A stretch of DNA of 63,789 nt, filler included, from Trichosphaerium sp. ATCC 40318 (GCA_038496445.1; 4 parts of 4 records of this genome joined end to end with filler, not necessarily neighbours in it), one strand, 5' to 3'; shown: positions 49,945 through 63,519, counted from the first letter of the whole stretch. Numbers and translations are program-made. Notes: generated by a model not told the origin, from the sequence alone.

Positions 49945-50822
49945 AGAGGCTAGTGATGGAGGGGATAACTCTTTGAATAGTGATTGCGTTATATGGAAGT
50001 GTGACGTCAAAGACTACGAACAACAAAGTGAATCTTTTTGAAACTACCTTCTGGAACTCACGTTCTTTTTTGTGAACCAGTTTTTCGCCAGGTTGTCAAC
50101 ATCTTTGTATTGTCATTATGTTACTTAATACTAACGGTCTGTTATACTAACTTCATAATGTAGCGTGATAGACCAGGTAGAAGTCCTGAAGATCTCAGAG
50201 AAAGCTATCTTCAATCAATCTTGACGCGGTTTCCAAACTGTGTATGTTCTATTTAGTGTAACAACATTCTTACTTTGTACTTTATAACCATATGCAGTTC
50301 CAGAGAGGTTCTTTGTAATCTCAGCTTGGCTTGAAAATAGCACAAAATACAATTTTCCAAGGTTGGAACTAGCTCTCATTAATTACGCACCAGCTGTACG
50401 AAAAAAACTAGTGACAAAGTATTAATAGAAAGATGTTTTTTCTCTCCACGGTTCCATTGTATAGTTAACTTTTTCTGTAGTTACTTAAAACGTTTATTGA
50501 ACAGTCAGCACAACAGACAGGTATCAAGACTGTTCAATATGTAGCACAAGAATTAGTTACAAAGGGATCACGTCGATATATGTTATTCGGACCACGAAAG
50601 CATAGTACTAAAATTGTCTATAAGGCTGTTGAACAACAAGCGGCTGACAGTGCATTCCAGAGTATGTCTAAAATGGTGCTATCATTTCTACCCATCATTG
50701 GACCTGTATTATCTGGATCAATGAGCACCTCAATCACATACTTTGCGGGAAGCACATACATCACGCAATGTATTGATCTTTGCAAAGAGATGAGATTGAG
50801 AATGCAAAGAGAACATATGTAG
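49945..50822 (+). pseudogene. C-terminal portion of a possible immunity-related (IRG/IIGP-like) GTPase; G-domain motifs not found
   Basis: FFVISAWLENSTKYNFPRLELAL and LPIIGPVLSGSMSTSITY resemble IIGP-family helical region motifs. Confidence 0.35.
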
Positions 50823-52197
50823 AAAAGTTGCTAAATGAACTTTATTTTGTATTGTTATTATTTTCAGGTTCTGTGCCTTTAGTAGCAGGTTGCAACAGAA
50901 GATGGCTTATCATCGTACAACAACTATGTTAACAATGGCGGAATACTTTAGCGATTGTTCTTTGCTGTTTACAAAGCATTGAGCGTTACAAAAGATACTG
51001 ATTTATTTTTGTGCAGTACTCAAGATTGATAAAGCTAAGTTGACCATCAATTGTTATTTCTTTCAGATTCAATACCATTGACCCTAGTATTTTTAGGCCT
51101 CTTGATGTTGCAAACAAAAGTCGTAAGCAATTGGTTATCATTCAGAATTATCTAATGCGTCACTACGTGATTTGAAGTGACATTGATTATTTTCGGGTAT
51201 TCGTAAGCCCACGTTATAGAGCAGGGAAATAAAAAAAGGTCACCCATTAACCCGACTCGCCACCCTGTCATTACATTAAGAAAAAGGTATCTGTGGGACT
51301 GTAATGTCAGCTTTTCCAACTAATAGTTTTGCCCAGCTTAAAGCGCAATATGTATTCTGACACCATAAACCTTCGTCGAGTGTACAAGCATTTGATGATC
51401 ACTCACAACCGGGAGGGGTAATAAAAGGATCTACGACCAGGGATAGACATCAAACAGTCCGTCTCTCACCTACCTTTTACAAACCATGAAACTCCAAGGA
51501 GAAGTTGCAATGGTCGAAAAAGTTTGACCCGCCACGTGAACATAGGTGTGGAAAATTAAGTCATAAACAGTCGCACAAAAGATATAATTTATAACTTTTC
51601 AGATATTTTGGATAAAGTTGTGGGCGCCCATGTAACGGAACATTGTAATTTCCCAATACATTTAACATTTTATTTTGGATAGTACGTCCTTGCTTTTGTA
51701 ATTGGTTACTTCAAAAAGCTTTTGGCGAAACTCGGAGAACACACAGTAATTCTTGGCGAATTCGGGTCTTTGGGCAAGTTGTGGTAATGGAAATTATGTA
51801 GTAGTATCCGAAGTTTCTGTACTTTCGAAACTTTCTTGGTATAATTCTCAAAACTCACAGTGGCAAAGGTGGCAGGGAAGAGATTTTCTACTGAATCTGA
51901 AGCAAAATCCACTCAAGTGGATTTTGGTACCTAGTCACATATTATCCTGTGCTGCCATACACCAATGTATGACATTTTGTGAGCGAAGGGCGGGTTTTTG
52001 TCCCGAGCGAAGCGATGGCCCGACCGAAAGCGAACAGTGCTCTATATTAGCTTGTATTCGCTGTCCCATACTTGAATAGTGTTAAACCAACACTGGGAAT
52101 ACAAAGAATCCACTCGAGTGGATGTTGGTACACATTTTTGTGGAAAATGTGTTATAGATGCGTACAACATGTCAAAGCTGGTCAGTGGCAAACCAAA

Positions 52198-52949
52198 ATG
52201 TTAAGAATACAAGCGCTTGCCGTTCTCTTTGTTGTGATAAGTTCAGCTTATGCTTTAAAGGAACTCTAACAAGGATACCTCAACCTATTAAAGCGGACCA
52301 AAACTATTGTCAAAGCTGCGAGTCGATAGTTACATACGTACAGAAGTATGGTACGCAGTCGTAAACTAGACTAAGACCTTGAGAATTCGTATTCTTGTGT
52401 ATTCTTAAACCTTTCATTTTAGGATGTAGCGCTGCTTGTGGCCTTCTTCCGCCTCCCGCTTCGGCAATTTGCGCTTCTTTACTCAGGTTTGGTCTATGTG
52501 ACGATATTTTACACCTCATCGCTGGTACGTACTCCTATCACGTGATATTCATCATCTAACTTAATATTGTAAAGCTGGGTTAACCCCAGAGCATGTTTGT
52601 GATGAAATAGGCAACCAAAGACGAAAAAATTCACAACGCACACGGTTTGTGTACCTGACACGCTTTAATCTAGGATTATGTGGAAATAGCACAGCTGTGT
52701 GTAAGTGCGGTGTTTGTACATCTTACGTCTATAAACGATGCTTGTCTTTGCCAAATCATTGTCCTTCTAGTTCTGAAGATGTACCAGTCTTCAACTTTCC
52801 AAATACAAAGCAAACAGCAGGTATTGTGATGTTTTAACAAATGAACGCGCACATATTAATGTTTTGTTAAAGAAAAACCAGGTTTGGGTATTTGCATTGA
52901 TGGAGAATGTGATCAAGGATCACTAGGATGTTGTGTCACATGCTTTTAG
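52198..52949 (+). CDS. Secreted saposin-like protein with an extra Cys-rich C-terminal domain (1-nt indel near 52255)
   Basis: Signal peptide; CQSC..C..C..AIC..TPEHVCDEIGLC saposin-type cysteine pattern. Confidence 0.75.
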
Positions 52950-53739
52950 AATAAACAATATTTACAAATCGTGTTTACGTTTTGATTACAACTTATCGGG
53001 AATGGGGGAAATCTGGAAGTTTTAAAAAATTCCTAACCAATAAAAAAATGAGTTTTGATTGTTGGTGCTTTTCCTCAGGACAGTATATACCAATCGAAAA
53101 ATGGTATTTACGACTATAATTATACCATCATAGCTATTTGTTCAAAATTGCAATGGAGATTAGGATGGTTCGTCTCACAATTCTTGAAATATTACACAAT
53201 TTTCGTTTTGATATTGAGAGGATTTCGAGAACCTTTCTGTTCCCTGTTTACCAAACTTTTACCAGTAGTCACATCAACAATTCTATGTGGTAGTTTCTCC
53301 AGTTCGTATTTCATGTATTTGTGAGAAACTAATTAAGTTATAGGCCACAATGAACTTTTCTGAGACTGTAGTAACTTGAAGGTCTTTGTATATACAAAGA
53401 TTCAAGTTCTCCAAAATGTTTCAAAAAAACTGCTGTAGGCATAAAAACTGAGTTACTGTAACAAATCAGTAACAACACAACACCAGAACCGTAATACAAA
53501 TAACAATAACTTACCCGAAAAATATCACCTGTCCAGTGACACCAACTTAATACTGCTTTGTGATAACCTCAAGAGTGACAACATGTAATGACAGACTCAC
53601 AGAGTGACAAAAAAAACCAATATCTAAGTGAAGAACCAAACCCTCTCTATCGTTAGAATGTTCGTGTAATTGAACTTGTGATTGCTTTCGCAGGTTTGTA
53701 TTGGTTGGTGCATAAATAGCTAACCAATCATAGCAACAA

Positions 53740-55495
53740 ATGGCATGCTGAAATTATAGCAAGTTAATCGAATCCAATGGCAGTATTGATGCTGTTGATA
53801 GATACGGAGATAGGTTTATGTGCAGGTAATGACATAGTTGACACTATTTATTACGATACATGAAAAATCCAATATTGAGGCTATTGATGAAGGTGGATAC
53901 ACAGCTTTATTATGAGTGGGTAATCTTGGTTGATGAGATAAGAATATGTTTGTTATTTAGCAGGGGAAAAATAGTATCAGTGTTAATCTGCCAAGGCCAA
54001 TATTGGCGCCAGTACTAAATATGGAAACAACTTTGGTTTGTGCAAGTCACAGATGAGATATATAACCTGTTACACATTACTCTCTAGCACAAACAGGATA
54101 GACAACGATATTGTGTTAATGGTAATCAAAGCCAGATCGGAGATAGACCACGCATAGACATCGCTTGTATATTCATACATGAGAATAAACGTACTTGATT
54201 TTAAGGATGCAATCGGCGTCAAACTGAAATACATACCGGTTGATTCTAAAAGCACCAGCACTCTGTAAAACAGTATTAACGACAGAATCAGAAAAAAAAA
54301 ACTTACAGATGTACTATCACCCACGTTCAAAAATACTCTCCAAGCCCGTGAATAAAGGTAAACTTATAAATTGGTTCGTTATACTTATATGCATCAGTCA
54401 ATACACGATCAAAACCCCGGAACATATCACACAAAGCACACGAATGATACCACTTTTTACAAACATGCTAAAAGTACAATTCAGTAAGCACCTTTGTAGA
54501 TGTTAAGCTAATACGTACCACTGTATATGGTACACCTTGGGCCAGATAGTTAACAACTTTAATTAGTTTAACTCTAGTAACTTCATCACCTAACGCCCAA
54601 TTAAGTAACTAAACCTTAGGTAAGAAACGCACGTCTTTGAAAATAGTGCGATTATACTGTTAACCAGACTTGAATCAAACTGTGGCTTTGATGCACATGG
54701 AAACACAGCTTTGCTTAATGCCGGTAGTATCATACATTAAATACAACCTGAGAGCTCACACTATTATTTTTTTTAGTATTAGAAGGTGACAACCAAATTG
54801 AAATTGTATCCATGTTCAACGTTGAGGCTGTGAATGTGGAAAAACAGCTTTGATTTGGAGAGGTAATATCACACAACAAGGTAAAACACATGTTATTCAT
54901 GTTACTATTTAGCACTAATGGTATTCAATAAAATCGATCAATTTTAGTCAAAGCAATGCCGATATTGAGGCTGTTGATAAACTTTACTTGCTTTTATATG
55001 TCTGCGTTGCATCAAGCGACCCAATCGCAGGTTAACATACATTGGTGCCAACCAAGGGTTTACATAGGAGTTACCTACCGCTCTGAACGCGGGAAGAGAC
55101 AGTCTGCCTACTAGGCGGACCGTAATTGTCCGGTTAAGACCCAGCCGCCCAGAAATGAGTGATCAGGTCAAGCTGTAAAGCTGACCAAGTTCGTTGATGG
55201 TTAATAGTAATGTTAGATTGGAGGAGCGCTGGCAGGCGCTCATATTTGTATTTGTGAGTGAATTAACGTCGGGAGCACATGCTGCCACCGTGTTGAACAG
55301 TGTTGAACAGAGTTATTGCAGCCAGACAATTCTGAGAAGAACCAAGAACTCAAATTTGTTGCTTGGGTTTGAGTTTACCTAAGTTGTATAGTATACTAGA
55401 GTTGTACTTGAAAGATAGTTTAAGCGTAGAGCATAGAACAGAGGCCAGATTGGGCGGAGGGGAATAGGCTGTTGATAAAGATGGAAACACAGAGC
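53740..55495 (+). pseudogene. Degraded ankyrin-repeat gene interrupted by a retroposon
   Basis: Remnants IDAVDRYGD, NIEAIDEGGYTALL, FDAHGNTALLNA and ADIEAVDK|DGNT with many stops. Confidence 0.7.
54982..55465 (-). mobile_element. 484-bp insertion with 14-bp TSD, likely a 5'-truncated non-LTR retroelement or SINE
   Basis: AGGCTGTTGATAAA at 54968-54981 and 55466-55479. Removing the insert restores the ankyrin codons. Strand is inferred. Confidence 0.8.
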
Positions 55496-55854
55496 ACAGG
55501 ACCTTCAAATTTTTAACTGTCTTGACGGAACTTACAAGAACTAGCGAAAGTGACAAGATCTGGCGCTGCTAATTTTTGTTTGAAAAAATAACACGACTTT
55601 TGCTAAAAATTCAGCAAGGCATTCATGGATGTGGCAATAAACTACTTCGCAAGAGAATTTGTATGTAGCAGCTGCCACTTTAGCTGCTGTTTTTTCTTGT
55701 CAACCTTACCAGAACGCTCTGATGTGAGCTTGCTAATACAAGAAAGAATGTGTATTCACTTTTGAAGCGTTTTTTTTTGTTTTCATTAGTGGAAAGAACA
55801 ACCCAATTTTTTGAATAAAAAAAATCTGTGACAATAAAAATGTGATTCAGACTA

Positions 55855-56000
55855 TGATGTACTGATCGCTATCTCAATAGCCTCGAGTTCAGAACCGTTT
55901 GAGTCAGCATGGAATACTGTCTTAAACATCATCCAACAACTGCGCCAGTAGCTACTCTGTCTTTAACACTGCCGTCGGTGGTAAGGACTGAGACTCCTGT
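55855..56000 (-). pseudogene. Retroelement RNase H relic
   Basis: VLTTDGSVKDRVATGAVV then, after a frameshift, SNGSELEAIEIAI (TDGS and EL.AI motifs). Confidence 0.5.
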
Positions 56001-57083
56001 GAGGTTGTGTTCCAGAGATGTACTCCAATTTTAGCTCTTGGGGTGTTTTAGACGTCTACAATCTTATAGCTAGTTTTAGAAAAAGGAGAAGATTTTTGTT
56101 GATATCGTTCTACTTGGTTTTTCATGTTGTATTCGCCTTAACACCTTTGAAGATGGCGTTCGCGCAGCGGATTGGGTGAGAATAAATGTAATTTATACTC
56201 TTAGCACAAGGTCTTTGACTGTAACAACAGACACTACTATAGCACGTCACATTGAAAGTGACTTGAAGGACAAAAAGCTAGTGTTTTTCTCTGTTTGGAC
56301 CCTTGTACTATTAGTATTCACGACGACTCCAACGCGAACTCCAATAGCATCCAATAAGGAATATACTATTCACAGGCGCTGTAAAATCACGTGGAAACCA
56401 AAAACCGCACTTTAAGCTTGTACAAGATCGTTGTCTACATAAAAGGCTATTTAGGTAACCTACTAACGTGACTCTAGTACTTTACCTTACCAGCAGCGTC
56501 TAAACCCAACAACAGTATTCTGGACCTGGTTTGGACGCCCCAAACAGTTTTCCTAACGCGCTCCCCATTGATAGAACTTGTGTCAAAAATTATGGCACGT
56601 CGTATGATAGCTTTAAGAAAGAGTAAACCTCTTACTGAACGATCAATTTACTTCAGAATGTCCGGTCAAACTTCACATGTATACGCTTTTTCACGTATAG
56701 CAGATGGACGTGAGATCTTATCCATGATTATTCTGGAGAACGGAGTCTAGCTTTCAAAGAAAAGACGACGTAGGTGCCACTGCCAAATGTGTTTTAAAAA
56801 AAACAGTGCAAAAACTTTGTTTTGGCATCGCTGCACGTAGGTGATGCTACGGTAGCAGTATTTTGAGTGTTTGCAACAAAGAGAGCAAGGATAACAATAC
56901 GGACTATACAGGCACGTCACAGTCGATGTAAACAATACAGCTTTTGATCTCTGTGCAACTCAAGTCTAACTACCTTGTTTGTCCAAGTTTAAACGGCACA
57001 CATCTGTATTATGATAATACCTAATGTAACGTGCGTACCTGCAACTGAACGAAACCTAGCGTAAAGATAAAAGTCTTCCAAAA

Positions 57084-57767
57084 TTGTATTGTATTGTATT
57101 AAATGGTAAAAGTCAAAACAAGTCTCTTGTTTTGTCTTCTTCTCCGAAGGCCGATAAATAGCTCTCACGTAAGTCACGGCAGCGATAGCTGCCGTGTATC
57201 TTCTCCGAATTCTCCAAAGAGAATCTTAACATGGAAGAAGATAGTTCGGATAATAACCCATTGTAGCCCTTCAGAGCTCGCCTAAGCGGCTCCAGGGCGT
57301 GGTGATAATTGGTTTACGTGATTGGAGTGCCGGCGAAACGGCGATAAATATCCTCCATTTCTGGGCATTCTACGAATTCAGTGTTGTAGTCAATCCACCA
57401 TTGTTCATGTAGCTTGCATCTCTTTTGGTAAATAACGTGAATCATATTAGCTAGGGTCAGATGTACTTTTTTTAGCGCCTTGGTGATAGCGACTGAGTCA
57501 CATCCTTGATCTTTGAATTTGTTGACAAGTTTTTTGGGTATGTACGCTTTGGATATGAGTTCCTTGGTTTCAAGGTCTGGCGCCGTGTTACGCCGGAACG
57601 AGCAGATGTCGTTAGACGAAGGCCAGAAGCGTTTATAGTTGGCGCGAGGTAAATGTTCTTTCATGATTGATTTGATTTCTTTAGCTGCGTCTTGTCTAAA
57701 GCTTTCATATTTGGGACAATCCGCCACAACGTGTTGATTAGATTCGATTTCGTTGCAGAACAGACGT
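57084..57767 (-). mobile_element. 5'-truncated non-LTR retrotransposon (ORF2 C-terminus at 57314-57767, 3' UTR, (AATAC)3 tail, 10-bp TSD)
   Basis: TCTTCCAAAA at 57074-57083 and 57768-57777. FCNEIESNQHVVADCPKY zinc knuckle and IYQKRC motif. Confidence 0.85.
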
Positions 57768-58727
57768 TCTTCCAAAAAAAAAAACTACCGTTAAAGAAAA
57801 GTCATGACTATGCTTCTTGTGGAGGAAGACCTAAGCTGCAACAACATAGGAGTATTAGCTTGAACTTTGTTTGGCTTTTATTGTAGAGGTATCCCATTCG
57901 TAGGTGATAAGGGTTTACTGTTACCTTGTGCAGCTCCGTTGTGGTTTTTGGTCTTTTCTCCATCGCCCATACTCTACCTAGCGTCTATACAACAAAGGTA
58001 ACGTTAATTTAATTTCTTGCGCAACTTCTCATCTTTTTCAGTAGCACAGCATCTAACTAGACAGCGCCGAGTGATCCTTCTTTTAAGGCTCACTCAAAAC
58101 CACTTGTTATTTTGTCCCATTTTGTTTTGAGGTTACAACGCTCACGGTGCACGCATATACAGTGTTGAGATTGCGTTTGGTGTTATTGCAGAACTAGTTG
58201 GGGTTTTTTTGTGTCTAATAGTCACACATGCGTGCTGAGGTTGCTACGGTGTTAGTTGAGCAAAAAAAAAAAAGCGAAAGGGCGTTTTGTCGCAAGTCGT
58301 TGCTTTACTCATGCAACTGGGCACGTAACAGAAACCAACAGTGGTATTACTTCATTCAGGCGTTAGCTTGTTACAATGTCGGCTTTATTTATGTTTATAC
58401 GCATACCACAGCCTCGGTATAAAAACCAAGTTAAACGCAAATATGTAAGGTTTTAAGATATCTGTTTGTAAAGGTTTTTTACACATTCCGTTTAGTGGCC
58501 ATTGACGTATGATTCGCTTACTAGGACTAACTGATCGATAAGTAGTCGTGTCATAACTCCCAATGTGGCCTTATGAAGATATTCAGTTAGCGAAGACTCA
58601 AAGCGCGTTCGCCTGTTACATGGTTCAACAACAAGTCAATTTATCTACGTATCAGGTCTCCTGAGCTTGATCTTAAATAGTTTGCCACTTAAGCGAAACA
58701 ACATCATCATCTCACTATAATTGCACA

Positions 58728-59395
58728 ATGAGCACGGCAGCACCTCCTCGCAGTAATAGGGCTGCGTCACAGAGTTTAAAAACACGCATTGGGTTATTCG
58801 CTGACAAATTAAAAGAGTTTGACAAAGAGTACTGCAATACGCGCACAGAGTTCGATGAAGAGCAGGCGGACAGCCGTAAAGAGTTTGAAGAGCGCTATAA
58901 AAAAATAGACGCTAAACGCCAGGCACGTTTCTAAAAAGAAAGCGGGTTCTTTATGCGGAAACCTTCTGCTCCTTGCGACCGTAGGGCTGCGTTAAAGGGC
59001 GAGTTGAAGTTGAAAGCGTTTTGTTACTCTAAACTTGTTTAAAACTGCGTTTGTGGAAACCATCTGCTTTCTTGCGACTGTAGGGCCGCGTTAAGGGCGA
59101 GTTGATGTCGAAAACTGTCGTTGGTATCAAGTTGGCAAATCTTTCTTTATTTTTGGTTTTAATCACTAACAGCGTGTGCCAGGCTGCTACTATGGAGATT
59201 TTACGCGGTTTAATAACCCAAAACGATGATTTAAAAGGTATAAAAAGAAAATACGACCAAGCTATGGTTGAGAACGCTCAACTCAAGAGAGAACTGCAAG
59301 TACTTAAAAAATTCAAGAGAACAGTTTCTGGAGCACTTGATGAAGCAAATGAACAATCAGAAGACGCTGATGTCGTTCTCCTACAGAAGATATAA
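58728..59395 (+). CDS. Small hypothetical coiled-coil protein (probably two exons)
   Basis: Two charged, heptad-like ORF segments separated by an intron-like region ending in CTAAC..CCAG. Confidence 0.45.
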
Positions 59396-60013
59396 AGGAA
59401 AAATTACGTTCTCCAAAGTGACATCTTTTTTCGAAGCAGTTTCACGGACATGAACAGCTAGAGAGCTTCCTTCCTTCCGTAATCAACGGGTTTTGATTGC
59501 ATTCACGCGTCAGGGCGGCATAGCGAACCTGGAACGATTCGAAAGTGAAGGGAAAAAAACAACCTTTCATGTGGCGAAGAGCGTTATTGCAACTTTGCAA
59601 AACGATCTAGTAATTGCGGTGATATTGTAATCAACCACATTTCACTATGACAATGTAAAACAATTAAAAAAAACGATCATCGATTTTTTTCAAAACAATA
59701 AATTTGATTCTTCTCAATCCATCACCAGGACTTTGTCTTTTTCTTCACTTATACAAGTCTTTTAATAATTTGCCATTTATTGGTTACAAAAAATCCAAAT
59801 CGCAGTCTACTACTAAGAGAGACAGTACTGAATAACAATCGCAATGTATGAATCCAAATCCAAACGTTTGAACATAAAAAAATGCGAACACCACACTTCT
59901 TTTAACAGAGAGACCATTAAAAAAAAGTTGGTTCATCAAGGAAGGTGGTATTAAATCAATAGCAGCCCAAACATTTAGTTCTTTTTTTTTTTGTTTGTTT
60001 TTTTGAAATTTGT

Positions 60014-61067
<1,054 letters not shown>

Positions 61068-61167
61068 NNNNNNNNNNNNNNNNNNNNNNNNNNNNNNNNN
61101 NNNNNNNNNNNTTAATTAATTAANNNNNNNNNNNNNNNNNNNNNNNNNNNNNNNNNNNNNNNNNNNN
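61068..61167. other. Artificial contig linker
   Basis: N-TTAATTAATTAA-N. Confidence 0.99.
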
Positions 61168-63519
61168 TTTTTTTATCCCCGTTTTTCAGACACGTTCTCG
61201 TGAAACCGGACATACGCATGTCGACTACAACTTAAAAGTTTCCCTATGTATGGTGTTTATACGCGTAGAAGAGGTGGAGGCGGGTATTAGTTTGTGTTTT
61301 GAAGCCTTTTGCAACTATAGACAATGAATTACAAGCAAGACAGGTATCATGCTACTGTTGGCACTGTGAATGAATATAATGCGTGCAGAAGAGTGTAACT
61401 ATTTTGTGAGTATCATAGGAAAGGCAAGCAAAGTCGAAAATGGTGAGTTTTCTCGGTACTGAAAAAGTAAATTAGAAATGAAATTCTGTTGAATTTAGTG
61501 AAGTTAAGGTTGTTGCTTTTTTGTTTGGTAGGAGCGACAGCCTTCTCGCTCGTCTACAAAAAGTTATTGTTTTCCTTCCCATTATGTTGAAAATGGTGCG
61601 TTTTATGTTAAATGGCGCGATCTCTGTAAAAGCGTGATTGTCCATCTTAACCTAGAGTGTGGTTTGGTACTGCTCTAAGTGTTTTTTCAGAGTCTACATG
61701 AATCTTGGTTTCTTCTTGTGTCCTCTTGGGGTATGACGTAACACACCTCCTCGTTTGGTGTACCCTGGGCAACGGTAACGATTGGTTAACGGCAGAGATG
61801 TTACACGGTGGCAATGGCGAAGTATTGGTGCTTCAAGCTTGTTGCGAAGTTATTGGTTGGGCGGGTGCCCAGATAATAGCAAGGTCGTTCAGGCTACGTA
61901 CAATTCCACAAAAAACGAGCAGGAATAACAAAAAACAAACAAAAACCCTTAACAGCAATTCACGCCAATGGACTCTCATGGCACTGCTCACCCTACTGCT
62001 TATGTTACTATCAACTGTAAACAGCGTTCAAGAAACACACAAAATGATTTCGAAGAATTCAAGTGCACAAAATATTTGTAAACAAAGTGTAACCCCTCGC
62101 CTACGTCCTCCATAGTTGTATTTCGGTCCAGGGCAAGCCAACTGTAAATTTGGTTACAGTGACCCAGTGGTGGTCGAGGTAGGGAAAAGTTGCCCTGCTT
62201 AAATATCGTAATAAACTTTCTTTTTTGTGTCCTCTTTCTAACATATTTGGTTTTTTTTGATTCTTGGTTATGAGTTTGCTGTAATGTACAGTGCGGTCAT
62301 TAAATCACTGAATACAACAGGTAATGTCTAATACAGGGTGTAAAAACAGTTGTCATAGTCATTGAGTGTTGGCGATAACCGCACAAAGAAAACACGAGTA
62401 AAAAGGCATTTAGTCCTTATGGGCTAAAAAAAAAATCCTAATATGTCAGAAAGAGGACACAAAAAAGAAAGTTTATTACGATATTTAAGCAGGGCAACTT
62501 TTCCCTACCTCGACCACCACTGGGTCACTGTAACCAAATTTACAGTTGGCTTGCCCTGGACCGAAATACAACTATGGAGGACGTAGGCGAGGGGTTACAC
62601 TTTGTTTACAAATATTTTGTGCACTTGAATTCTTCGAAATCATTTTGTGTGTTTCTTGAACGCTGTTTACAGTTGATAGTAACATAAGCAGTAGGGTGAG
62701 CAGTGCCATGAGAGTCCATTGGCGTGAATTGCTGTTAAGGGTTTTTGTTTGTTTTTTGTTATTCCTGCTCGTTTTTTGTGGAATTGTACGTAGCCTGAAC
62801 GACCTTGCTATTATCTGGGCACCCGCCCAACCAATAACTTCGCAACAAGCTTGAAGCACCAATACTTCGCCATTGCCACCGTGTAACATCTCTGCCGTTA
62901 ACCAATCGTTACCGTTGCCCAGGGTACACCAAACGAGGAGGTGTGTTACGTCATACCCCAAGAGGACACAAGAAGAAACCAAGATTCATGTAGACTCTGA
63001 AAAAACACTTAGAGCAGTACCAAACCACACTCTAGGTTAAGATGGACAATCACGCTTTTACAGAGATCGCGCCATTTAACATAAAACGCACCATTTTCAA
63101 CATAATGGGAAGGAAAACAATAACTTTTTGTAGACGAGCGAGAAGGCTGTCGCTCCTACCAAACAAAAAAGCAACAACCTTAACTTCACTAAATTCAACA
63201 GAATTTCATTTCTAATTTACTTTTTCAGTACCGAGAAAACTCACCATTTTCGACTTTGCTTGCCTTTCCTATGATACTCACAAAATAGTTACACTCTTCT
63301 GCACGCATTATATTCATTCACAGTGCCAACAGTAGCATGATACCTGTCTTGCTTGTAATTCATTGTCTATAGTTGCAAAAGGCTTCAAAACACAAACTAA
63401 TACCCGCCTCCACCTCTTCTACGCGTATAAACACCATACATAGGGAAACTTTTAAGTTGTAGTCGACATGCGTATGTCCGGTTTCACGAGAACGTGTCTG
63501 AAAAACGGGGATAAAAAAA
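61168..63519. repeat. Inverted duplication: 1072-bp arms at 61168-62239 and 62448-63519 with a 208-bp spacer
   Basis: Arms appear identical by eye (identical 136-aa ORFs); the left arm starts at the contig start. Confidence 0.96.

Noticed and set aside
53140-53420. Protein kinase relic on the minus strand
   Set aside because: Only a vague resemblance; no intact HRD, DFG or APE motifs.
61705-62115. 136-aa ORF duplicated in contig 4 as a gene
   Set aside because: Non-ATG start, crosses intron-like tracts, has no recognisable domain, and the duplication is explained by the fold-back.
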